From Kudoa neothunni (Eukaryota; Animalia; Cnidaria): 30,973 bases of DNA. Positions 13,501 to 25,500 of the stretch are shown in pieces. Below the pieces are notes generated by a model, which saw only the letters and a program-made list of their open reading frames with translations, had not been told where the DNA came from and did not search any database. Within the stretch, counting starts at the first letter, position 1. Every line of letters begins with the position of its first letter. Made by a program: the position numbers and the translations under genes. Location: positions 11,732,535 to 11,763,507 of the forward strand of contig OZ199839.1 in the NCBI GenBank assembly GCA_964304625.1. The letters run 5' to 3'.

Positions 13501-16500
13501 AATTAATGGAAATGAATAAAATGCTACAACTAATTATTAAATGATAGTTCCACTTGAGATAATTTGGGAACACCAATGGGGAGAACAACTCATTGAAAAT
13601 ATTCCACCGAATGGCTGGTATTGGTTTTAAATGCTGTTACAAACTCGAAGGTGTGACCGAGGGATCAAGCAATGAAAAATTAATTGGAAACGAAGATTTG
13701 AGCAATTGTCAACTTGTAGAATGCAATAATTTAAGTTTTACTCTAGAATCTCTTTCTGACATATCAGAAAAATATATAAAATTAAAGTTTAGTTATCAAA
13801 TTGAAGGGGAGAAAACTGCAAAGCATTACGATTTAGGTAATTATAATTACTAAAGCATTAGTTTCAGGCTTGTCTAGAAATATTTAAATAAAATCATATA
13901 TTTAATGCTTTTCTTTTAAAACTTTAATGTAATTGAAAAAGGTTGTAGAATTTAATCCATTTCTTGACAGAGCCGTGTTTTCACGCTATAATATTTATAA
14001 AAGTATTATTAAACATATTTTAAATTTAAAAAGATCGAACGGATGAAGTTAATTATTAATGCTTTTAGGATTAAATTGATTATAAAAATTAAAAAAAGAA
14101 TTTTTTGTCCTAATTTATATCCAATATGACATTTCTAAACTATACTTTAGGTCATACCAAACATGATTATGTCTTAACACAAGGAGAGGGCTCAGTGTAT
14201 TACAAACATATTTTAAAATTAAAAAATGATGCTTCACTAAATCAGAAGTGGTATTTATATAAAAATAATGTCTTGACGGAAGTGACTCAAAACATTGACC
14301 AAATTGATACCGGTTCAGTGACATACAAATCTTTGAAGCCCGACTTCGAGCAGGAGTACAAATTGGCTGTTGAAGTGGGATCTAACGATGAACAATTATT
14401 AATTTACTACTATCCTGAGCAGAATTTAGTAAGTTACGAATTTTATTAACCAATCTTCCCATAGTACTTAAGAAAAGGATTCTATTATTCATTAATTATT
14501 TTTAAAACGAATTTTTTATTTTTGGATTAATGAACAAAATACTTATTAAAGTAATTTATTAAAATTAATTAATATCATTTAGATGTTATAAAGGAAAAAA
14601 ATAAATTCATTTACTTTGGATCAGAAAATTCAATTTATTCATAATATGCACATTAACTATTACAAATAAGAAATTTTTAAACGTTAGTATTAAATTATAT
14701 ATATATATATATATATAATTTGAGATCATTCCAAAAAAAGTGATGTATATTAGCATCAACGAATAATCATGCTACTCTGTTTATATAAATATATATTTTA
14801 TCTAAGTTCTGTAATATAAAAAATAATATTAAATATTAATGAATCCCATAATCTGCTAACTTGAAAAATATAAATAAAAAAGAAAAATATTTGGAACTGA
14901 ATCTGTGAATTAATAATTAGTCAACTACAGTAAACTCTCGATATTGCGTAACCTTTTGGAACTATGCATGAGTTACGCTTTAGCAAGAAATTATTAAATA
15001 CCTAGAATTTAATGTAATTTATATTCATATATATATATATATATAATGCCTTGATAAATATATGTTTCATATGTTTAATTAATAGAATTAGACAATATAA
15101 AAATTGTATTAACTTTTCATTAATTGGGAAGAATAATTTTTTTATGTTTTCATTAAATATTTGACAAAATGTTGTGCCAATTGTTTACATAGAAAATTAT
15201 TTATTTACATATTTTTAATTATAATGTATTATTTCTATTTAAATAATTAAGGTATGAATAATAATGTAATCTTTTAAACATTATTTATAGGAATCTTTGG
15301 TTGAAACAATAACTGATTATATGGGTCACATATTAAATATTGCATTAACACCTGCAGAAGCTATAAGTCAAAACAAATACATAAAATATTATGCATTTGT
15401 AAATGAAATATTCATCGAGGACGAGAAATTGAAGAAAAAAGTTTGGTGCAATAAGAACCAACTATCCGATGTACATGACTGTTCAATCGATTATCATGTA
15501 TTACCAAATCAAATAATTAAACTTTGTTTAATTGAAAATGAAAGTATAACATCTTGCAAAATCTACAAATCCAGTAATTAAATATTACATTTTTATTTGA
15601 TGATATCTCTATAATTGAATTATTTAGAATATTATTTTCAAAATATTACATTATTATCAATTGTTGATAATCATTACAAAATTGCAATATCATTTAATTC
15701 GGGTGTTGAAACCAAATGTTATTTTTTATTTGATTTTATCGACGAAAGAACCATATCTTCTAATCCGATAAATTGTGTATGTGATGAGAACAAATATGAA
15801 ATCACATGCTCTAGTTACAACTCCCATTTGGTTGTTGGGCGCAATAGAATGATTACGTTTGTGTTGGATAATAAGTCGGAATATTTTGGTACTCTCAGAA
15901 TTTCTGTCCCAATGCCTCTCAGTATTTTATATTATTTCAATATATTATAAGCTCATTATAGAAACCTATTGGGATAGAAGTGAATATTCAGTAATTCATT
16001 TGGAAAATCAGGAAAAAGCGATAATAAAATTTAATTCATTTAACTGTGAATATGCTGTTAATAACAATAATTTGGATAAAAATAGAAAAGATGTCTCTAT
16101 CATCACTGGTAAAAAAATAGACGACACTACTGCTATAAGTGCTGGTCAACTTGATCTAACTTGTCCTAATATCTCAGCATCAAATCTACAAGATAATAAT
16201 AAGATACTATTAAGTTATTCGTTCGATAAAAAAAATTATTTACTTCAATTAAATAGTAACTTTACTTGATTTTATAAAATTTTCAAAATTACATATTTAG
16301 GGTTCATTAAACTACGTCTAGTCGATTATAATGCAATAATCTTAGGACGTAGTGCTCATTTTTTTGGAATATTAAATACTTTTTTGAATTATAATTATAC
16401 TTTGAATACTGTTCTCTATTTAACTCAATCTGAAAACTTTGAAGAACAAACAATAAATACAAAAATTCAAGATATAAAAATTGTTTGTGAAGGTTATTAT

Positions 16501-19500
16501 TGTTCAAACTTATCTTCCCAAATGACTGACGCTTATACATTTATGAACATTTTTAATAGAAAAATTAAATTTGAAAGAAGTATTATTTTTTATTAACATA
16601 AATTCTCTCAAATTTTTTTTTATTAAAATAAAATTTTAGTCCCTACTATAATAAGTGTTGACGTCTTTGAAGTGAGCGAAAAACAGTATATGATAGATTA
16701 TAATATTGACCAGAATCTTCAAAAAATAATCATAAGTGAAAAAGTTACCGATGAATCAAACAAAGTTTGTTATAGTAGTAAGGATAAAACTATTTTATGT
16801 AACCATAAATCTTGTGAACATAAAATCACTATCAACGGTTGTATCACTCCATTATGGTTACATATTGATTCAAAAGATATGGTTTTTTTCAAGTTCTGTT
16901 TATAAATGTAACTGAAACTAACAATTAGAAGTGATTTCATTTACGTTATATTTAGTTGAAGCTTTAAGAACGATCCCGTTTGAGTATATAGACGACGTGG
17001 ATCATAATAAATACAAAATAATATTAAAATTAAAAAAAAATGGAATGAATAAAGACTTTATTTCAAATCATATTACGATTGGTAACAAAAACATGGAAGA
17101 TACGTGTTTCAGTCTTGATGTTTTGACAAGCGTGGAATTGATAATGTTGGAGATAAAAGAAAATTGTTATCTTGAGGATAGAAGAATTCAGTACAAAGAA
17201 CCACTTGTATTGTACCCCCTTTGGAGTGACATAGGTAATAAATATTTTAGTTTAATAAATAAAATAAATTATTTTTAGATAAGTTGTATACCTATGGGAA
17301 AACGACAATTAGCGAAATGTCTGTAAAGTTACATATTTATCTCCCAATTCCAACAAATTCATTAACAGTGTCGTATATGAAGGTTACAGATTTGAAAACA
17401 AATAATGAAATCACTGAATACGAAAATGAAGATGAAATAATTGTTAATTGTTATGAAAAAACGTGTACACACGACATAAAATTTGCGGGAGAAACTATGC
17501 CCGATGAATTTGAAATATACTTTCGTCCCAGGGAAATCAATGATTTGAAGTTTTACAGCAAAAGTATAATTTTTATATTATTGAATAAGATATATAAATT
17601 AATTAGGTTCAAACCAAAATCTTAATTATGTTGATTTTACATATAAATCTGATAAAATATTTGTTTACTTGGAGGGTGATACAATTGTACCTGGTGTAGA
17701 GGTATTATTAAGACAAAATAGCAACTCAAGATATGAATCATCAACTATCCAAACCAGCGATGGAAAATATTATTGTACGTTTTCTCAGGACAATATTTTA
17801 GATGGAACATACTTCACATTTCCTGGTAGTGACAATAGAATAACCTTAAAGAAATATGAAGGTAGCTATCATTTAATAATCATAGTTGTTCTTAATATTA
17901 CGATTAATTGAGATATTGAGTATTAATAATTATCAAATAGAAATATTAGAGATTTACATAATTTTATGTTATTAATATTAAATAAGTCACAACTAAAAGT
18001 TAAACTTCTTGCATATTAGTTAACGCGATAAGATAACTCGTAGTTACGCTTTAACCCTCCAGGTCAGTGTTGGGTCAATTGGACCCAAGCGCATGCATTG
18101 AAAATCGACAACTTATCCAAAGCCTAAATAAATAAAAAATCTTATTCGCCCAAAATTCAGTATAATTTTATAAACTTTCTTCAAAAATCGTGGGAAAATT
18201 TTTTCCAAAATAAAATAAAAATTACACCACGTCGTTTTGGGATCCAATGGACCTTATGACTTTCATTTACAAAATATAAGAAAATATAATTTTACAAGAT
18301 TTATTATATTTATTGAGAGTTATATCGAGTAACTATTAAATAAATAGCTACAAACTATATCAGCAATCCATCGACGCGTGCGCATTCATTATTTAAGCGT
18401 GCTATTCTTGTTTGATTACGGAGGTACCTCATCAGGTTTTATAATTTCGTGTTGCGGAGAGCATATAAAAATATATCTGAAATTTTCTTGTGTTTCTTGT
18501 TGACATTACATCGCGTTGTTTACAATATGATAAATTGACATAAAGTTTTTAAATAATTTGTTTAAATAAAAATCTACTTCAATAAACCTATAAATATAAT
18601 ATTTCTAATGTAAACTATCAACGTGAAATTTTGCGCATAGGCAAGCAAAACATAACCTTAATAATTGAAAATTTATTCTAAATCCGCAAACTGAATTGTT
18701 CTCATATTTCATCAGTTAGTGCCAAATATTATTGGGAAACAACTGTGTGAAATTGAAACGTGGGGTATATTTATACTCCATTTTTAATTGAAGCATGTAG
18801 ATTTTTTAGCTACTTAGATTGTAAATAATACATGCCCTTCATTGTGAAGCTGTATTTAATAAAAATATTATATACAGTTTATAAAAAAGAATTATGAATT
18901 CGTTAGGTCTTACAAAGATATTATATGAAAGGATTAATATATATTTTTAATTTAAATAGGCCCATTCCCCTACAAAACCGGGGTTTCGCACTAGTTATAC
19001 ATATATTTTTATGTTTCTATTTCATCATCACTGCAATTTAGAAAGATTCAGCTATGAAATGGAATATTATTGGGATTCTCAAAGCCTGAAAATTAAATTG
19101 ATACTAAATTCATTACAGACATATCAAAATTTAAATCTCAATTATTCATTGCGTGAGGAGAATCAAAGGAAAGAGAATACAATAACGCAATACAAAAATA
19201 TTGTTTGTACTGCAAATGTATGCAGCTGGGATTTGGAAAATGTCCGTTCAAACAAAAATATGATTTTAGAATTTTCTTCTGGAGAACTTATCAGTCCTGT
19301 TTCCTATTTTATCAAGAATGGTAAATTATCACTATTAGAATGTTATTATTCTTTATTTCCTAAAATTTTTAGATACATGCTCATTCTCTGGTGTTAAGCA
19401 AAATTTTGGGTCCACAGGCGACGTTTCTGTAATAGTAAATACAACAGATGCTCAACCAAAGGAGTTAGAAGTCGTTTATTCTGTATATGAAACGACTGTT

Positions 19501-22500
19501 GGGAACCAAGAAATAGTGCAAAAAACTACTAAAATGATGCCTTGCAATAGATATGAATGCACGTTGGATATTCCAACCATATCACGCATAGAAAGCTATA
19601 ATGTTCTTTTAAGTATGCCGAATTGCAGTCATAAAATGAAGTTTAAAATAAAGAATTGTATGCTTTATATAAAAATATATTAATTAATTTTGTCTATTAG
19701 CTCCAAGCACTTACAAACTAGGATACCATTACGTCTATACTGGCTACGATGACTACAATGAAGTTACTCTTAACATAGAATTGAAACTTACATTGCCCTA
19801 TGAAAGAATTGTTCTGGAATGGACTTTAAAATCGAGTTCAAATTCAGAAATTGTACAAACTTCAAATACACGTATCAATCTGTCAGGAGAAGATTCAGCG
19901 TTTTCGTTTCAAATACCAGATATTAATGTATATTCGGAATATTCCATTGATTTTTCATCTGATTATCTCATTGAAATGCCTGCTAGAAATTTGATTGTTA
20001 AATGTATATTTGTAAATTTATTTTAATATATTTTTTATATTATGACTTAAATTAAGCGGAAATCGACTATGAAATAATACCGAAATGGAAAGATGGTCAT
20101 TTTTCAATGTCACTAAAATTAGATGTACCAATAAACAGATTAGACCTTAGTGGTAAATTATTCACCCTTAAAAAGACGAATTCTGGATTAATTGAAGAAG
20201 AAGAAATCACTTTTGATGAAGAATTATATTGTGATCAAGGCGTTTGCGACTATGACTTTGAAAAGGTGACAAAAAGAGAATATTTCAAAATCACGGTAAA
20301 TACGGATTTATTGAAGCACAAGGATCCAATCTTTTTCAAGAAAGGTAAATTATTATTAAATAATTTTGATGTTAAAAAAATTTGTTTAGAACCTACTACG
20401 TTTAATATTAACTATAAATACGTAAATAATGTATTGTTGGTTAAGTTTACGATGGAAAATGAATTTGAAGAGGTATTTATGAAATGGAGCCTGTTGGACA
20501 CAGAAAACAATTCGATCAGTATTTCGAACAATCAGTACAAACAGATGGAGGTTGATAATAATAAATTTACCTTAAATCTTGGAGAAATGGATCAAACTAA
20601 AGAATACAAATTAATTATTGAATCCGAAGAGCTTACTGGGGATAAAGAATTTGTAATAGAAAGTAATAACTAAGAAAATTATTATATATTCTTATGTTTA
20701 TGAGATTAATATTGGATTGATATAGAGAATTATATATTATCTAGTTTCAAAAAATATAACTTACTATTACGACCTAAAAATTATAATTTTAGAGAGGTTT
20801 AAATATGCCTTAAACCATAAATGGGATTATCACAAACTCCAAATAATACTAGAAATTTCTTCGAGTGAATCTCTGGTAGACCTTACTATCGAATATTCCT
20901 ACTACGAAGTAGATACAAATATTGATGACGCGACTAAAAATGAAGTGACAATTAAATGCGAACAAAATATCTGTAAATTTGAAATTGAAAAAATAAACTA
21001 CAAAGTTGATCACATATTTACACTCCATTCCCAAAATCTTATCGATCACGCTCAGTCTAAAATAGTGCGAGGTAGAATAAACACTTAACAAGGAGTTTTG
21101 ATTTCCGAAATAATAATATTCTTTAGAGCCATGTCCACTGTTAAAAATACAGCAGAAGTCTTTCGAAAACGATAAACTCACGTTAATAATTCAACTTTTA
21201 TCAGCATACGAAGAGTTATCAGTTGATTATTCAGTTTATGAATCAGGTGAAAACACTGGCTTACTCACTCAAGCTTCAACTGAACTAATATCGTGTATAA
21301 AGAATGCATGCGAATTATCTATTTCAGGCGTAACAATTACAAAGTCTTATAATGTTGCTGTGAAAGTACCACTGTGTGAGAATAACAGTACTCTATCAGT
21401 TAAAAAAGGTATAACATATCATTCATAAAAATAATAAATTGTTCTAGCTCGAAGCAACTATACATTAACGTACAGTTATCGAAAAGTACAGACCAATAAA
21501 GTTGCACTTAGTCTTCAATTACAGCTTTTATTACCTTACGATAAAATCGAGTTGGAATGGTCTTTGAAAGCAAGTCCAAATTCAAATGTCGTTAAGAGTT
21601 CATCTTCAAAAACCGAGCTGATTCGAGCGAATTCCTTATTTTCATTATCTATATCCGATGTTGATATAAATAATGACTATACAATTGAGTTCACTTCCGA
21701 ATATCTTGTGGGAAAAACAAACGGAATCGTCAAAGTTAAAGGTATAAAATAATGAATTTGTTTATTTCATTCGCAGCTTGCTATTTAATTTATATATTAA
21801 TTATCGAATTTTAATAAAATTCATTATTTTTCCATAGTTAATAACTTTGCAATAATTAATGTGTTTTATATTGGATTCATGTAGCAAAATATTTTAAAAA
21901 ATATAAACATATTCATTAATATATAACGTATTGAAATATTTTTCCTTCTTCATAATTGGTTATTTATAATAGATAAATATAAATTGCCACTAGTTTAACT
22001 AATTAGTCGTCTGAATATCACAAAATAATAGTTATATGTTTATGTATAAACAAAAAATTTTTTAATGATATAATTGACAATAATCAATGAGTTTTTAATT
22101 CAAAGCTTAACGAAAAATATATGAGAATAATATTTTTTAACAAAGGAAATTAATACCATCTATAAAAATTATTTAATTCAACATTTGTTAGTGCACACTT
22201 TTTTGTTTGTAAATAAGGTGTGTAGTAAAAATGATGCGTTGGCTATTACCACAGATCCATGTAATCTTCACCTTCGACACGGCTGTCGATTTCTCCATTA
22301 TTAGAAACTTTATAAAAAATTGATTTCAAAAATTTGTAATAATTGATCCCACATAGTTTATATATTATATTTTGAAGTAATGTTTCACCACAGCTAAAAA
22401 ATGGAAAAACGTGAAAACAAATATCATTAATTTGGAATTGGAGAATGATTCCTTCAAACACTTTCTTAATGTGAAATGCTTGTCAATAATATAGTTTGGA

Positions 22501-25500
22501 CACATTGAGATTAATTTGACACTACATTTATTATTTCGGAAACATAACATTTTAAACTCATCCATTTCATCATATAGAATACATGCAATATTCATATGTG
22601 CTTGTCTAGCAGAATCATCAGCAACAGAAATGTACAAAGGTGCCCCAATAAATTAATAAAACAAAACTAATTAAGGTTCCATTGCAACAAGCAGTTAATA
22701 TGTCGCATCAACCATCAATAGTTCTTGAAAGGAATCCAGTGTATTAAGCATTTGGTGAACATAAAATAAATCCACAAACATTGTTATTATCGTCATATTA
22801 AACATTCACTATGTAATTATATTCCTTTTTCAAAATTTCCTCAACCATGTTGATACCGCCAAATATGATTTTTAAGAAATTTTTAAATTTGAAGTGATTT
22901 TAGCGAAATATTTTCTCAGTTTCATTATTGATCTAAGTTAGAATGAGTTTTTTATTGACTCTCAACGTAACTAACTCAGACGATTATTCGTCATTCGAAT
23001 TAATATTGAATTGACTAGGCAAGTTGTTGTAAATTCGTGGGTCTTGGGAACGATTTAGGGCACAGCTGCGTGACCTGACTTAAAGTAAATTCGCGTCAAA
23101 ACTCATCCGTAATGTAATTCAAAAGCGCAATTCTTATTAAAAGAATTTCTTGCACTCTCTCCTTCATTTATTTTTCGTTATTGGACGCCAAAATGACACA
23201 CAAACGTATCTTCGTAATATAGCATTTAGTCTTTAAAAAACCTGTTGATGTGGTTCTTTACTGATTCAGACCTTTTTGATCGACGAATACTTTAATTTAC
23301 ATTCCTCTTTTTTGAGAATCTTTTGCGGACTATTATTATGCTCCGAATGATTAAAATTTCATCCCAACATAAAAACCCTTAAATTAAGTCGTTAAATTTA
23401 GTTTGACTTAATTCGCGTAACACATTGAACAATGCAATGAATGCGAAATTATAAAGTTAACTGGGAGAAGATTGTAATATTTATTTTAATATATTTAATA
23501 TTTCATTATTTTATGAAGTTTGTAAGAGCGTAAGTATTAGATCAATTATTCCTCAAAATATTGAATTCTTTCAAACTTTTCTTCCTTTAATTTTTTTAAT
23601 AGAATAAAAAATTATCAATGTCTTTAAGTAATAATTTTTATGATGGGTAATATATCCATTAATTAAAACATAATCTTCTATCAATATAAATATAATCTAA
23701 CTTCATATTATTGAGCTAATTAAAATACTCTGATGTTAGAAGGAACGAGACCAATGATAAATAAAACGATACCTAATAACAGATGGATAACTAATGTTTA
23801 TGTTTTATTACACAGTTGCAGCAAACAATTTCAGAGTTATTATTATTATAACAATATTATGAACGGCGAAAACACATTGATTTTATTTTTCTATCCGAAT
23901 CTTGCATACACAGATTGCACCATTTTTTAGCTTTAGAAGTGAACCTTTCGTTATTCCAAGCAGGAAGTTCATTATTGAGAAAAGGTTACACTGATAAATC
24001 AGCTAATTCTTCTAGATACAGTAGGTGACGGGTCGTGGGCACTAAAATGGGAATTGGGTTCGAGGTGCCCACGCCTCATCAAATGCCCTCGAGCCGTCAT
24101 GACACATGCGAACAAAGCAAAATTTTATGTGGACTCTTGCATTTTAGTCTCTCATATTTATCACTATGTTTGCATTTATGTTCAAAAGTATATTAATAAA
24201 ATAAAATATTCTTATAGCAATCATGTTAAGATTAAATACGATTAATCTAGTCGATCCTTGACTTTAATTTGTAGAAACAGACCATTTTGACAACGTGATG
24301 ATAATACCAATGATTTCTGTCAACAAAAATTTAAATAAATAATAAATGCAATTCATACATCAAATTTTATTACAATCAAAATTATTTTTTATTTTAATCA
24401 CAAAGGTTTGGACAATTTTAAATAAAAACATGCAGGAAACTTTCTTAATGAATCATTATATCTTAAGGAAGTGTTGCGTAACAAATAAATTATTTTCTGT
24501 ACTCAAGAGAAATAGGAGTAAGAGTTAATAATCAAGATAAATTTAATATATATTGATATGAATAATTTCATAAAATTAATTAATAAAATTAAGTTGAAAA
24601 TTTTTAGCACACTTATTAGTTGGATTTTGCCTTGGAACAATTATTAATATTTTACTGGCAAAGCTCTGACATTCTTGAATCGTAAATCGTCGTTTCCAGA
24701 TCTAGAACCGTAGATAACATTTGATAATCTCATTTTATGAAAAATTTGTTCATTTTGCTCAAATACATTAGAGCACCATTCATAGAAATAGTAAATTTTT
24801 TAGATGTTTTGTGGTAATTTGTAATTTATATTCCATTATGAGACTTCATAATAGATTCTTTATTACCCAAAATCCTATTTAAAGAGGATAAATATTTTAA
24901 GTTAAAATAAATGAGAGTTTTAGTTTATCTGTTTTCCCATTCGATATTCTTTCATAATATTACATTATATCCACTCTATCTTTCAAAGAACGAAACTGCT
25001 TAGTTCTCTTCAAGTGCCCACGACCCATCATTTGGGCAATTTTATTGTTAAGTTTAGTACCCACGAGTGGTAAATTTGAGCTAATTCTTATATACAGTGA
25101 ATTAAAAAAAACTAAGGTTTTAATAATTTATTATAATTGTTATGCTTCTATTCGATTCACTTTAATTAGTAACGGTATTTTGTAAATCATTAAATCACGG
25201 CTCGTGCCCACGAGCCGTCACCTACTGTATTCGGCTCTCGAGATGTTAGGTTAATTAGATCTCGTTTTTCACAAGTAAAACGAGTTGACGAAACATAAAT
25301 CAATCATACTGTAAAAAATTACCATTGGCCATCTTTTTGTTTATCGTTTTACACCCGGGGTAAATAGAATACGATAGACCGTATCTACGCCACATTTAAT
25401 GTTGTTATAATCAATTATAACCTCAGGTTTTTTAGTATGTTCCGGATGCAAATTAACATTTTTAGATGAAAAATCCAACAAAATCATAGCCTTGTTCTTT

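Noticed and set aside
15169-15290. Possible separate gene start before exon 11 (donor-like GTATGA at 15252)
   Set aside because: In-frame stops lie immediately upstream and there is no signal peptide; exon 10 splices cleanly to 15291.
20849-21181. Minus-strand 110-aa ORF (and similar antisense ORFs at 11852, 14115, 16307, 28100, 28785)
   Set aside because: Shadows of + strand exons with no motif support.
10599-21752. Run of short same-strand ORFs resembling a phage, viral or bacterial operon
   Set aside because: ORF boundaries coincide with GT-AG micro-introns in consistent phase; they are exons of one gene.
24019-24110. Clustered GTGCCCACG repeats as a CRISPR-like array
   Set aside because: Eukaryotic context and irregular spacing; explained as subterminal repeats of the TA-flanked element.
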